Shown here one piece after another: positions 14,441 to 27,340 of a stretch of 64,000 nucleotides of DNA. Where the stretch lies: the NCBI GenBank assembly GCA_949358305.1, contig OX442314.1:22692001-22756000 (forward strand), read 5' to 3'. A model generated the notes under the pieces. That model did not search any database. It saw nothing but the letters and a program-made list of their open reading frames with translations, and had not been told where the DNA came from. Source of the DNA: Strigamia acuminata. Taxonomy: Eukaryota. How positions within the stretch are numbered: position 1 is the stretch's first letter; the number at the start of each line of letters is the position of its first letter. The translations under genes were made by a program, and so were the position numbers.

Positions 14441-14976
14441 ATTTTTACAACTAAATTCAAAATGGCTGCCAAACATTTAAATCAGGGGTCAAACTTCCAA
14501 TTATTAAAATATTTCACGATAAACTGTCCACCACCAAAACACACAAGTAAAAGCAGATTTGTATCCAAAGAGTGAATCATAATTAATTCATTTGGTAAAA
14601 ATAAGAAAAAAAAACAAATAAACAGAACCTTTGAATGCACCTATTGAGTTTTAAATTTTTCCTTTCCACAAGCGTACTGTAAAAAAAAATAAAAAAAAAT
14701 AAAAAGATGTCATAATTTAATGCACAAAATGATTTATGTCACAAAATTCCAAAACCACTAAGCATCAGTTGTGCCCCGAATTCATTAATGTATAAAAATT
14801 GTTTTTCCTTTGTATATATTAGAAAGTATAATAATCCTTTAAAACCTAAAGCTAAGCAGTTCAAATAAAAGCACGATCAAAATTTCACTCACAAACCATT
14901 CATCTCTCGACATTGCTGTCACAAACGTATTTGAGTCTCTTTAAGAAAGGTCAAAATTAAAATCTGCGGACAACTA

Positions 14977-15277
14977 CAGTTCACACCCGGTATCTTGATG
15001 CTAAATTCCTACTGCGCATCCCATTCTGCGCAGACGATTGTCTAATTCCAGTTGTTATTTAACAGTATTAAGCCTATTATTAGGCCTAATAATGCTAAAA
15101 TAAAAGTATTTTGGTCACACCGTGTAAATTACTTTTATTGTTGTTTATTTACTTTATTTTAGCATTATTAGGCCTAATATTAGGCTTAATACTGCTAAAT
15201 AATTGGAATTAGAAAAGCGTCTGCGCAGAATGGGATGCGCAGTAGGAATTTAGCATCAAGATACCGGGCACAAACTG
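14977..15277. mobile_element. Hairpin (foldback) MITE, 301 bp, TA-flanked
   Basis: TA|CAGTT...AACTG|TA with ~125-bp near-perfect inverted arms (CCCGGTATCTTGATGCTAAATTCCTACTGCGCATCCCATTCTGCGCAGACG and its reverse complement). Confidence 0.9.
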
Positions 15278-16039
15278 TAGACAGGATAAAAGCAGCAGTG
15301 AGTAGAACCTTGTCCAGTGGCAGATGTTTGCCTAATGCCCTCCTGGATAATTGCTCATTGCTGACATTAAATTAATCAGTTACTTTTAACTTCCTTGCTT
15401 CAATATCATCTATTGGACAATAATCGTTCCATAATTCACTTTGGTACTAACATGTTCCAACAGCTGATTTTAATGACTCATTACTTTTCAAGACAATTTA
15501 TTGTCTTTAAGGATCTCCTCTTGCAATTTCTTATTACATTTCTCAACTGCGATTCGTTACTTACCATATACTCCAGTATATAAACAAACAGAGTACTTGT
15601 AATTACACTATTGATTTGACGAGATGTGATTAAAATTTCTTCAATGACACAGACCCTTACATGAAAAAATTCTGATTGATTCCAATTCTTGTTCTACCAG
15701 CAAAGCACTGACTGGAAGTAATAACAGCCCTTCCGCAATTTTTACTCGTAATCAATCAATACATAAGGTTAACAAACTTGTACTTGGTTTAAAGGAGTGT
15801 GTGCAAACAAAATTGGCACGTACAAGGCACTTCTCAACATGATTTGCACATAAATGTATGACTTTTAAATTTCACCTTTCAATTAAATGATCAAAAATCT
15901 AGAATTTAAGTTATCAATGAGCGCGTTCAGCCCGAATGTAAAATTTTACATTAAGATTGGTTCTTAAAAAAATAAACAAGTTTAAATGACTTTAAGAATG
16001 CGCCTAATGTGTATATAAATCGAGTTCCACAAAATCACT

Positions 16040-16221
16040 TGGCGCATTCATAAAGTCATTTAGACTTTTAGCATTTTAAACAACATGTTTAAACTGCTTG
16101 TCTCAATCTAACTTCAAAAATGGTGGACGATCTGTTTTCAGTCACAGTAAGCAAGCGCACGACAGTTCAACAACAAAACATGCTTAATTGGAAATTAACC
16201 ATGCATTTATGAATGCGCTTA
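16040..16221 (-). mobile_element. MITE, same family as 8975-9246
   Basis: Termini GGCGCATTCATAAA / TTTATGAATGCGCT; interior is the reverse complement of 9090-9245. Confidence 0.7.
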
Positions 16222-17971
16222 CTATTGAAATTTCCAAAAAAGTAATTAAACTAATATTTTTTTTTATAATTTAATTTCTAATTTTTTAATTTTTTTTTAT
16301 TATTTCTTACATTTTTACCCTGAAACGCAGTAAATACTATCGAGACAAAACAAGCACTCTTTATGATGCTCTAATGAGTATAAATTATTAAAAGTCCTGA
16401 ATAAGTACAGATTATTTGACGGTTGAAACTGTGAATTTCCAAGAGCCTTGGGACGAGGCTCAGTGCATCCGCGACTCGAGGATTCTCAGATTCAACCGTG
16501 CAATAATCTATACTTATTATACCATTTAGGCAATATAATCGACTTATTTTATTGTTCAGGCAATAAGTTATTACAGAGTTACTATACAAAAAAAAAAAAC
16601 GAGTAATGATAAGTATAACAGATTGAAAAATCCATCCGAACTGTATAATACATAATATTATACAAAAAGCACTAGATCATCATTTTTCACATTATTTTAC
16701 TGAAATTGCACAATCGGTTAAAAAAAAGATGACTCAAACTTGTCCATTATTCCCCAGCAAGCAAGTATCCATTTTAAAAATCCACCAGTCGAGCACTAAG
16801 ATCCTGTAATTAATTGGACACTGCTCCACCTTAATCAATGGATTAAATGGACGGCGGTTAATCCGTTCGATTTCTCTTGTGAATTCAAGTGGCACCAATC
16901 CACAAACATAAAATGAGAGCAGAAAAAAATCTATAAAAACGCTTTCACTTTCACGAAAACTCAACCTTGGAACAAAGAATAAATCTCTTTTTTTATATTA
17001 GTTATTGTTATCCTGATTTATTTTGTATTTTTATGTCACAAATGAAAATGTATTTTCTCCACGAAAATACGCCACGTCCGATCATTTGCTCGGTTTATGG
17101 ACACTGATGAGATTTGAATGGAGAAGTTGATTACGTTAAATTGCCACCAGTTCGCGTTGTAAAAGGAAAGGTTGAAGTCAATCAGTGAAACAAAACAAGT
17201 GCATCGCGTGACTGCAATACAAGGACATGGCCACGAACCAAATTAAACCGTTGCCGAGCAGAGAGGCAATGAAATCAAAAGTCTAAGTCGCCCATGTTTA
17301 TCAAACTCTTTTTGCACGAGGCATGGAACCAGTGATTGCTGTTAGCTTCTGCTCTTGAATAAAAGAAAATTTCAATCGCATCAATTGTAAACCCCTGCAT
17401 GTTTTCTTTGCAGCCTTTGCTCCAGGTACCAATCGTAATAACCCCACAGAACAACATTTTTACAACGCAAACTGCCTGTGTATATATTCATGTTGTACTT
17501 GCAGCAAGTAAATATTGTTTGATTAGTTCACTTGCTCTTGGTCGTACATCCAAAAACCTTTATGCTCTGCAATATTCAAAACGATTCGTCTTATTTTTCA
17601 TTTGCCTATGGGTACTATGGACTTTTACATTTGCATAATCAAAAATGAAGACACCAGAGGTTTTGTGAAGAGTTGAGATGAATGCACTTGTTGAATATTT
17701 ATAGAAATTAAAATGTCTGTTCAAGTTGTTATTAATTATCGAGTATGTTCTATTTTTTTTTAATTAAATCGATAATTAATAAACAACAATAACAACTGAA
17801 ATTTTAATTACACAAGAAAATTATAATCTACATTATAAAAAAAAGGCTGAACTTCTGCATGCACTGTACTTGCCTTATGAACGTTGCTTCTCATTGAATA
17901 CACTTCTGTAGCAGTTTATTTAGCATCTATAGAGTCGGTCTTGACTGCGAAATTAGCTGCTAATCTAACTA

Positions 17972-18366
17972 CCACATTACTCTGTCTTAAGCTGTATGCC
18001 GGTATAATGCGAGTTTTACCGGCATGCCGGTGTAAGTAAGTGCAAATTTTTTTCAATAAAAATTGAGCCTAAACAAGCTTAAAAAGCAGTTTTAGATGTC
18101 AAAAATGTAGGAAATTTGGCTTAAATTTCTATAAATTTACCCAGATCTTAGTAATAATCTTCAGAAAATTAAGAAAACTCAAATTTCAGGCCCAAATTCC
18201 AACATAATTATTCATCCGGGCTCTTTGAATTAAGAAAAAAAACAAAAGAAACAGCTATTTCACTGAAACTTTACACCAGCATGCCGGCAAAAAATGTATG
18301 ACTGAAATTCCAAAAACCTGATAAACCCATGTCCAACGGCAAGCAGCTTAAAGCGGGGTAATACGG
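17972..18366 (+). mobile_element. Tc1/mariner-type MITE, family A, full-length (395 bp)
   Basis: TA|CCACATTACTCTGTCTTAAGCTG ... CAGCTTAAAGCGGGGTAATACGG|TA; interior homologous to 10935-11243. Confidence 0.75.
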
Positions 18367-18654
18367 TATGTAAATTGTAAACAACCATTTGATTGTAGCT
18401 GCTTTTGAAAAGTCTCTTATTCTGCTTTATCTTCTTTAAACCAGTCTAAAAGTGCATTGTAAACAGCCATTGAAACAACAAAAACAAAATGTTTAACTGT
18501 AATAAATTCAGAACCACCAGCAAACTTAAGCTGCGTTTGAAAAGTCATTTCGACTATTTTTAATCAACATACCGTTTAAACAAACGCATAAATTGCTCGC
18601 TTAAACTCGTGTTGCTTTACTTCCTTTGACGATCGCCTCGTGAAATGCATGTAG

Positions 18655-18705
18655 AATGCCATGCGCAGTTCAAATTTGGCATCAAGATACCGGGCTCAAA
18701 CTGCA
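18655..18705. mobile_element. Solo arm of the 14977-15277 hairpin MITE family
   Basis: ATGCGCAGTTCAAATTTGGCATCAAGATACCGGGCTCAAACTGCAG matches the family's right arm. Confidence 0.7.
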
Positions 18706-20247
18706 GAGAACGTGCATTGATAAGTTTAGACAGTCTCCAAACGAGCTGCCAATCCAATACCACAACCCAGGGAACAAAGTGCGCACACCATGCACACATT
18801 CAAATCAACAAACTACATAATATAATTAGAAATTACAATTCCGCAATTCCCCAGCTGAAAATATCTTGTTTTCTTTACTTTTCCACAGTGGTTATAAATT
18901 TGTGTCAGCAAATTCTCACTACTTGGCCATCCTATATACTAGATTACCCTTTTGGCCATCAGTGTACCAATAAATGTCACATGGCCCTTAATCAACCAAC
19001 TTACTGCAATATTCAGTATAAAAACATGTGACCGTGGCCAAAACTAGCCCAATGCTCAAGAAATACGACGCCGGATCAGTGAACCCTTTGACGACTTAAT
19101 ACACAATTAAACAATTAAATGGCAACAAAAATAAACTTCTGCGGCGAACTCAAACTGCCGTCCTATTTCATTCTCACACAGCGTAACTCAAGCATTGTAA
19201 TTGTCATTTTTGTCTCGTTCTCAATCTCATCTTCCAGTGTAGCATCAAATTCAATTCCCTTTCACATTTTCTTTGTCTTTCCACACGTGAAGAGAAAAAA
19301 AATTCCCTTCTCCTTTCTTCGTCTTGTCCTGCTAGCATTATTCTTTTATACTCTATCCTTTAGGCCAGTTTACTGTTGCGTAATGAGAGCGATAAGGGAG
19401 CACTTTCTTGCGACATTTCCCTTGTTTTGAACCAGTGTTGCGCAACAAATTGTCACAATATGAAACAATAGCAGCCTTTTTTGCCCGCCATTTTACACAA
19501 ATTGCACACACAATAAAATGTTATTGACATCGTTCTGTTTTTCTTGCCTTTTACCCTTTCTCGTCTCCTTCTGCGAGTTCAAAATCCTGAACGAGACAAT
19601 TCTTTTACGCAAAAAATCAAAATTGAACGACGCCAATTCCGAGAGAGTGACTTTGCACAAACACACAACCAAAATATAAAAAAAATTTGAAAAAAAATTT
19701 AAAATATTAAAAAATAAAATAATAATAATAATCCAGCTTATAAACAATGCACTGGTAAGATCCTATTCTCTATAAAAAACCTTATACTGCGCATACACGA
19801 TCAACAGTTGGGACTTGTTGACTTGGAACCTAGCACAGCGACGTTGAACATTTAAAGCATTTTTGTTTAGTTTCTCATTGAACTAAACCTCGGTTGATTT
19901 TGATGTATTTTAAGTAGATTAAATGGAACAAAACGACGTAAAACAAACAAACCACTCAGGATATATTGCTTTACTTATTTATTTATTTTTACCTTTCGAC
20001 TTGATTTAACTTCTCCTTCAGATTGTATTTGCACTGAACTCTATCTAGACCGAGCATAGGCAGATACAGGAGAAAGCGCCTAGTCTTCAAATAGACTCCC
20101 TCTAGACCGGCAACCCCGACCCAAGTTTGTCGCATTTCGGCTGAATCATCGATCATCAGTGCCCAGTCTAGAGAAACTTTTTAGCGTCATGGGACATTAG
20201 AAAGGTTTCAGTTCTAGAGTTTTGCAAGTTTAAATGGGTGTCTGATC

Positions 20248-20765
20248 CAGTGTTGTATCGAACGCGAACTAAGTTTGTTAGTTCGCGAACTAAGATCGCG
20301 AGCTAGTTAACTTTTACAAGTGAATGCAAAAAACAAACTTAGTTCACTTTTAAGAGTGAAATTGAACTTCACTATGTTTGATGATAAAAACGTCGCAAAA
20401 ACGTAACTTTTTGCATCAGTTTTAAACGTTTTGATGACATTTTCATCATCAAAACATTCATTTTGATCACTTTTTACAACAAAAATGGCGAAATCAGCCG
20501 TTTTCGTCATTAAAATCAATGAAAACGACTGCTTTACTAAAAAAAAAAAGTTTTTTTTTTCCATCTGCAAACCACAAAACATAAAAAAAAATAAAAACTA
20601 AAAAAAAAAACTAGAAAAGTGAACTGAACTATTGGTTCAAGTTCGTGAACTTGAACTTAGTTCACTTTGAAAAAAATTGTAGTGAACGTGAACGTGAACT
20701 AGTTCACACGGTGATGAACGTGAACTTGAACTAGTTCGCGATTTGGTGAACGAGATGCAACACTG
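20248..20765. mobile_element. hAT-type non-autonomous element, 518 bp
   Basis: TIRs CAGTGTTGTATC / GATGCAACACTG; 8-bp TSD GTCTGATC (20240-20247) versus GTTTGATC (20766-20773); dense GAACT/AGTTC/GTGAAC subterminal repeats at both ends. Confidence 0.85.
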
Positions 20766-22330
20766 GTTTGATCCTGTACCCTGTACTTTCTACGTGCACA
20801 CTTGATATACACTAGACGAAAATTTAGACGAAAAGTTATTGAATGCACCTAGTGTACTCTGTGTGGTCCGGATAGTGTGCTGTCCGAACCCATCACAACC
20901 ACCGCCAATTAAATCATAAACTAACCACTTTTAGCATCAACAAGTGGCACAAATATACTGTTAGTGCCCTTAAACTCATACCCAAACCCATTTTAAGGCC
21001 ACATAGCGGGACATTTAAAGCTCCAAGCGCCACCAAGTGACTAATTGTACAATTTATGGTCCGTAAAATGATCGAACAAACGACGTCTGCAGTTTTTTTT
21101 AGTGTTCATAAAGCAGATCGCACGCAATTTAAATTCCATTAATAGCGATACAGCTTTTAATGTGCGAGAAATAGCAATTAACGCTAAGTGTACGAGAACT
21201 AACAATACATTAAATATTTATTGCAAAAAAAAAAAAAAAAAAAATTCTGTTCTCTTTCTTCCACCTGTCATGACACTTTCCACAACTTCCAGCAACAAAA
21301 TGGAATCGGATGCCGTAGCTAAAGTGTGAGCTACAACGAGGTGTCGTCGCGATAACTTTTAATAAAATCCACCGTTTTGTCAACAAAATTGAATTAATCC
21401 TTTTACACAGCAAATTAATTTGTGCAAAACCGAGCGGCTGCGACGATACGTAATGAAACAACTTGTAAAAATTAATTTATGACGCAAACCAGAAACAACG
21501 CTACAACAAGAGACTAATGAATTTTAATTAGTAAATATAACAAATTCACTCACTCCAACCAACCCCCGCATTTAAAACACGCATCCATCAAGCAGAACGC
21601 AGTAACGCACTCTGCGCGTCCGCGACCACTCGGACGGTCGCATTCAACGGAAATAATTTCTCCAGACTCACTCACTCCTTACATGCATTCCTTTCCTTCC
21701 TTTAAAGATAGCAAAATTCACCCGAATTGAACACTCAAACTGCACCGTGTCCTGTCACGTGATCGGTGAGCCATGTTAGAAATCCGAGTGAAGACTCCTA
21801 AAGCCCCGGACCTTGGATGCTCAAAGCCCCGTCGTTGCTTGTGATTTGAGAGAAAGGATGGAAAGAAGGGGTGGAGGGTCTCGAACGCCAAGTAATTTTG
21901 CAACGTGGCTTTTATCTCGCAAGGACAACCATTGAAATGTCTCATCTCACTCATTGCGTTGCTACGGGCAACCATCTCCATAGCAACGGAACAATCTTCC
22001 CGTTATACAGAATGACAATCAGCTCCAGACTCAATGTCCTGAATGGGTATTAACACCGCGACCCCGTTAGAGCGAAACGCGAGAAAAAACTCACTTCGTT
22101 CTAACAAGGTCATTGTTTCACGAAAATCAACCAACTAGAATAATACAACGTGTCTCATTCTTGCTTTCCCTTCCACTAGAATGGGGACCCAGATAAGAAA
22201 AATGAAGGGGGTCATGTTACGCTCGTCACGTGACCTACCCTCAATTTCTTACTCAAGTACAAACCAAATTTCTTACAATTCTCAAACTTAACCGCTTACC
22301 TTCTACACACCTCACATATTGAAACTGCTA

Positions 22331-23270
22331 TAAATGCCCTAATCTAGCGCGAGATGCTAATTGAACAATGTGGGTCTAAATTCACCAAAAAGACTGAATT
22401 CAATGTCTAAATTGAAAAAAACGACTAAAATAAATGTCTAAACTGAACAAAACGACTAAAATAAATGTCTAAATTGAACAAAACGACTAAAATAAATGTC
22501 TAAATTGAACAAAACGACTATAATAAATGTCTAAATTGAACAAAACGACTAAAATAAATGTTTAAATTGAACAAAACGAGTAAAATAAATGTCTAAATTG
22601 AACAAAACGACTAAAATAAATGTCTAAATTAAACAAAACAACTAAAATAATTGTCTAAATTGAACAAAACGACTAAAATAAATGTCTGAATTGAACAAAA
22701 CGAGTAAAATAAATGTCTAAATTGAACAAAACGACTAAAATAAATGTCTAAATTGAACAAAACGACTAAAATAAATGTCTAAATTGAACAAAACGACTAA
22801 AATAAATGTCTAAATTAAACAAAACAACTAAAATAATTGTCTAAATTGAACAAAACGACTAAAATAAATGTCTGAATTGAACAAAACGAGTAAAATAAAT
22901 GTCTAAATTGAACAAAACGACTAAAATAAATGTCTAAATTGAACAAAACGACTAAAATAAATGTCTAAATTGAACAAAACGACTAAAATAAATGTCTAAA
23001 TTGAACAAAACGACTAAAATAAATGTCTAAATTAAACAAAACGACTAAAATAAATGTCTAAATTGAACAAAACGACTAAAATAAATGTCTAAATTGAACA
23101 AAACGACTAAAATAAATGTCTAAATTAAACAAAACAACTAAAATAAATGTCTAAATTAAACAAAACAACTAAAATAAATGTCTAAATTGAACAAAACGAC
23201 TAAAATAAATGTCTGAATTGAACAAAACGAGTAAAATAAATGTACAAATCGATCAAGAACACTAACTTAA
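22331..23270 (+). mobile_element. Dispersed element carrying an internal 31-bp tandem array (copy 1)
   Basis: Unique head TAAATGCCCTAATCTAGCGCGAGATGCTAATT and tail GATCAAGAACACTAA both recur, inverted, around a shorter array at 50080-50360. Confidence 0.7.
22402..23250 (+). repeat. 31-bp minisatellite, 27 in-phase units (AATGTCTAAATTGAACAAAACGACTAAAATA)
   Basis: Unit starts at 22402 and 23239 differ by 837 = 27 x 31; variants are substitutions only. Confidence 0.97.
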
Positions 23271-25609
23271 ATGTTTATACATCAGAGGACCGGTACTTTG
23301 AATTTAATTTAATTGCCTACAGTACCGTACACACACACAGAAATGTAATTTAATTTTGAAAACAAATATAATTTGAAGATTCTCAAGCAGTTTTCATTTG
23401 ATTCAATAATACCAGGATTCCCTTCCACTCATAAGATTGCATTTTACAAAACATGTATACATCTCCACGATTTAATTTACCGTAAAATCGGTAACCCCAA
23501 ACAGTGACGAAAATTATGTACCCCAAAAATTAACACGCAAATCAATTATCTAGATAACATTTCCAAAAAAAAGAAAAATCTAATTACTTCCCGCTGCAAC
23601 GTTGTAAATTTGCAGTTACACTGCAGTCAAGCCGAGCTTGGCATTTAAGGCGGAGTTTTCGGCACCAAGATGAAACAGAACAAGTGGAGCAATGTTTCAG
23701 TCCGGCACAAATGGAACTCACATAGCTCCATAAATAAGAGACACCCTCATTACAGAGACCGAACCGAACAGAAAAGCAGTTAAACCGAAAATTTTCCACA
23801 GATAAAGTATGGCGATGCAATGCCGCCTCGCAGGAAGTGAACAGAGGAATCCCCTTTGTAGCGCTCCAGAGTGCAGCCTTTCTTAAATCAAACCAATATC
23901 ACAATAAAAAGGAAGTAAATAAATTGTTTTCCCCGTCAAATATTTCAGTAGAAATGCTTTTCTTATCTATTTCCAGCCAGTATAACTCGCCAGCCATATT
24001 TATTACATTCCTCCTTCACCTTCATACCTTAACCCAACCCCATTTTAACTCCTCTTCCACTCCACACGCGAAAACTAATACGATTGGTCAACTTTCTTCT
24101 TCTTCTTCTTCTTCTTTCCCTACACTTTCTTAATTCACTTCCTCCTGCACCTGTAATCAAGCTAAGCTAACGACTTGATGACCCCTGGAGATTATACCTG
24201 AGACAAGTCTCAATCACTTAGCGTACTTGCTTCTTACCTCTACTAACATCGCCTTAATGGAATACCCGACGCCATTTTCCGCAAACTCACTTCGCGCCCA
24301 TTCATCGCTAATCCACCAGCTACAATGAAGCGCATTAAAACTCGCCCATTTTTAACAACACTGCACTTTCCCTCACCTTAATGACTTTCAATTAATCCCA
24401 ATGCATCTAAAGATTTATGATTCGCTTTCAGCGCAATTATATTGTATTTAAACTAAAAGCAACTCGCATATTTCACGGAATTGGCATTAAGATAACGTGT
24501 TCTTAATGCCACGTCAAGTGCACTTGCATGTCCGTTCAAAAATAGCCCACACTTCCAAATTGCATTTAATTTCTCTATTCCCAACAATCGCACGCGATGT
24601 AACGACCATATTAAGCAACTGGATGACAATACTTGCATTTTTGTTTATAACGTTAATAACATTCAGCCTAATGTCCAGCGATTGTGTGTTAACAAAACAA
24701 AAACACGTTTCCATTTCCCAGTGTACGTGTCAGGTCATTTTACGGTAACGACATCGTTTACTGCAAAATTTCCGAGTCAAACCTGTGTTTACATGTCGTA
24801 AAATTCATTGCCGAAATCAATTAGAAAATCAACATGGCGCTGAAAATTGATCGCTCGCTTCAGCGCCCTCAAATGAAAACACAATTTCCATCATTTTGCA
24901 TCTAAGTAGATTTACATCGAGTACTTTTGATGACGCAAAAAGAGAAGCAACAAAAAAAAATCCGATACTCATTGAATATGCGAGCCAAAGACGAAACTTT
25001 TTCAATTTTTTTCTTCTGAATTCCACGAAATTTTAGAAAATTCTATTCCTTGAATTTCCCGTACAAACTTTGCAAGTTTATCTGTCATGCCATAAGCAAC
25101 AGCAGTTTGCAATTTAATATGGTTATTAGCTTTGTGATCCCACGTTTCTCATCTTTAAATTGTTTACATTTCAACCACAACGAAAGACGGCATCGTAGTT
25201 CCACTATCGCTTACCAGTACGGTCATTTCATTCGGTGTAAGCGAAGATGCTCGTACAACAATCTGCATAAGAATGAATGACAACATTATCACAACTGCAC
25301 GTTTTCAACAACAACTTTTAATATTACGGTAAACTTGCAGTTTGCTAAGAAAATAGGAATCTAAAGTCACAGGTGATGCTACGAAAACACGAGCAACAGT
25401 CGTATGAACCTTTTTGAGGTTGCCATTTACAATCTCCTTACTAAAAACCAACATTAGTTTAATCCCCACAAAACCAGTCACTGTTTTCATATTATTTCTT
25501 AAAGCGCTAATACTTTAACACCGAGCGAACTTCCATCTGCTTAAAAAAAATTACAAAATTAAAAATTAAAAAATTAAAAAATTAAAAAATTAAAGAATAT
25601 TTAATATTA

Positions 25610-25725
25610 CCGTATTACCCGTATTTAAGTGGCATGCCACTGAAATGCCGGTATAAACGATGTTTACCGGCAATCTGGTCAAACCTGCGCTATAGCGGCA
25701 TGCCACTTAAAGTGGGGTAATACGG
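25610..25725. mobile_element. Tc1/mariner-type MITE, short (116 bp) relative of family A
   Basis: TA|CCGTATTACCC..TTTAAGTGGCATGCC ... GGCATGCCACTTAAAGTGGGGTAATACGG|TA. Confidence 0.85.
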
Positions 25726-26185
25726 TATATTATTATTATTAGGCTGTCAATAATACATCATTAATTCTAATTTTAATATAAAACATGAAATGTAAAAAAA
25801 AAATTTCTTTTAATCAAATTTTTCACAATTCAAATTTTTTTTTTTTGTTTTTTAGCAAAAATTCGCCTATCTTAATCACAAAACCATCATTTCAACAAGT
25901 GATAGTCACCCGAAGCTAAAGAAATTGCATAAATTCATTGAAACGTCAAGAATAACAGATTATGATTGAAGTAAAGAATTCCTTTGACTCGGCTCCATTT
26001 CTTGCATCAAAGCCAATTAATTAAACTCATTAAACTAAAACACATCAACGCAATGAAGCAAGTAATTCGCCGAGCTATCAGTAATCGAAACTGTTGAATT
26101 GAATTGATTCCACCAAGCAACTCCCATTCTGCCCATGCACATTTCCAAATACCAACTTTTGATGTAAAATCCGCACCTCTCTCTT

Positions 26186-26216
<31 letters not shown>

Positions 26217-27129
26217 TTCTCTCCATTCTTCAGGCGGCAAAAAGAATGTTTGCCAAAATGCAGCACATTTGCGAACCCAAATGACTTGAACTTTTTCAAA
26301 TGACTTTAAAGCGGCAAATAATAAAGTTAACCCATTTTTTTTATCTCTTTCATTTCACACCACCCTCGTTACACCTATCTACTTGCGAGTCCATCTTCAT
26401 TTTTTTTTTAACTCGATCATCTTTCTCTTCTTCAATTTGCATGTAAAACAGACCAACTCCTTTGGGAAGATGCCTACAGGCACAACTTTCTTGTTTGCAG
26501 TTAAGACTTTGCCCGCTTGCAACTTGCACCAGGTGCCACTCCATCTACTTGACTTAACTTGCTTGGCAAAGGGCCAAAGGGCCACGCAATCAACTCTGGA
26601 CTTTTTCTACATGTCAGGGCCTCCAACAAACTCCTTTTCATACCCGACCAAACATATATTCCAATAAATAAAACGGCCATTTTTGGCCAACTGGGAATGG
26701 AAAAGAAGAAATGGGGTGGAGGGAGATTGGGATTGATATTGGAAGGTTCCACCAAATTCCCGCCTCTTCGCGGTTGAGTGAACAAAAATCTGAGCTGAAT
26801 GTGAATGTGGCTCACATTATGCTGCATCAGCAGGAAAAATCGCTGCCCACCTCCACCCAATCCATGTGGCTATTTCCAATGCAGGATCAAACCTGCTGCT
26901 CTTTTCCTCAATAATCACATAGCAAGCTTTTATTTTCATTCTTAATTAGTACGATAAACAAAAAAATATCTTTCGCACCGCTTGTAGGCTTACAAGTTCA
27001 GATTTAACTGCCACAGACTCGAACATAAAAATAAAAAATTCCTATTTTTTATTTTTAAATTTGAGCCGCTATTAGATTTTCTTTTTAAATCGTGATCTTT
27101 CCATATAGAGTACTCAATATCCGATTGAT

Positions 27130-27340
27130 TGCTCATCCGAATTTTCCCACACTACTTTAGATTATTTCCATATTCAATTTCTCGTAATATCACATACCCG
27201 ATTTTCCACACGGCTTAGCATTTTTACACCCAATTTCCATAATGCTTTGCATTTCTATACCCAATTTCCCATGTTTTGTAGTTAAATACACCTTTTGCCG
27301 CACTCAATTTCCAATGATGCTTTAAATTTCCCACAATGCT
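27130..27340 (+). repeat. Degenerate tandem repeat, roughly 30-bp period
   Basis: Recurring C(C)AATTTCC(C)A..ATGCTT motif. Confidence 0.45.

Noticed and set aside
22402..23250. 31-bp array as a CRISPR array
   Set aside because: Units are head-to-tail with no unique spacers, there are no cas genes, and the context is eukaryotic.
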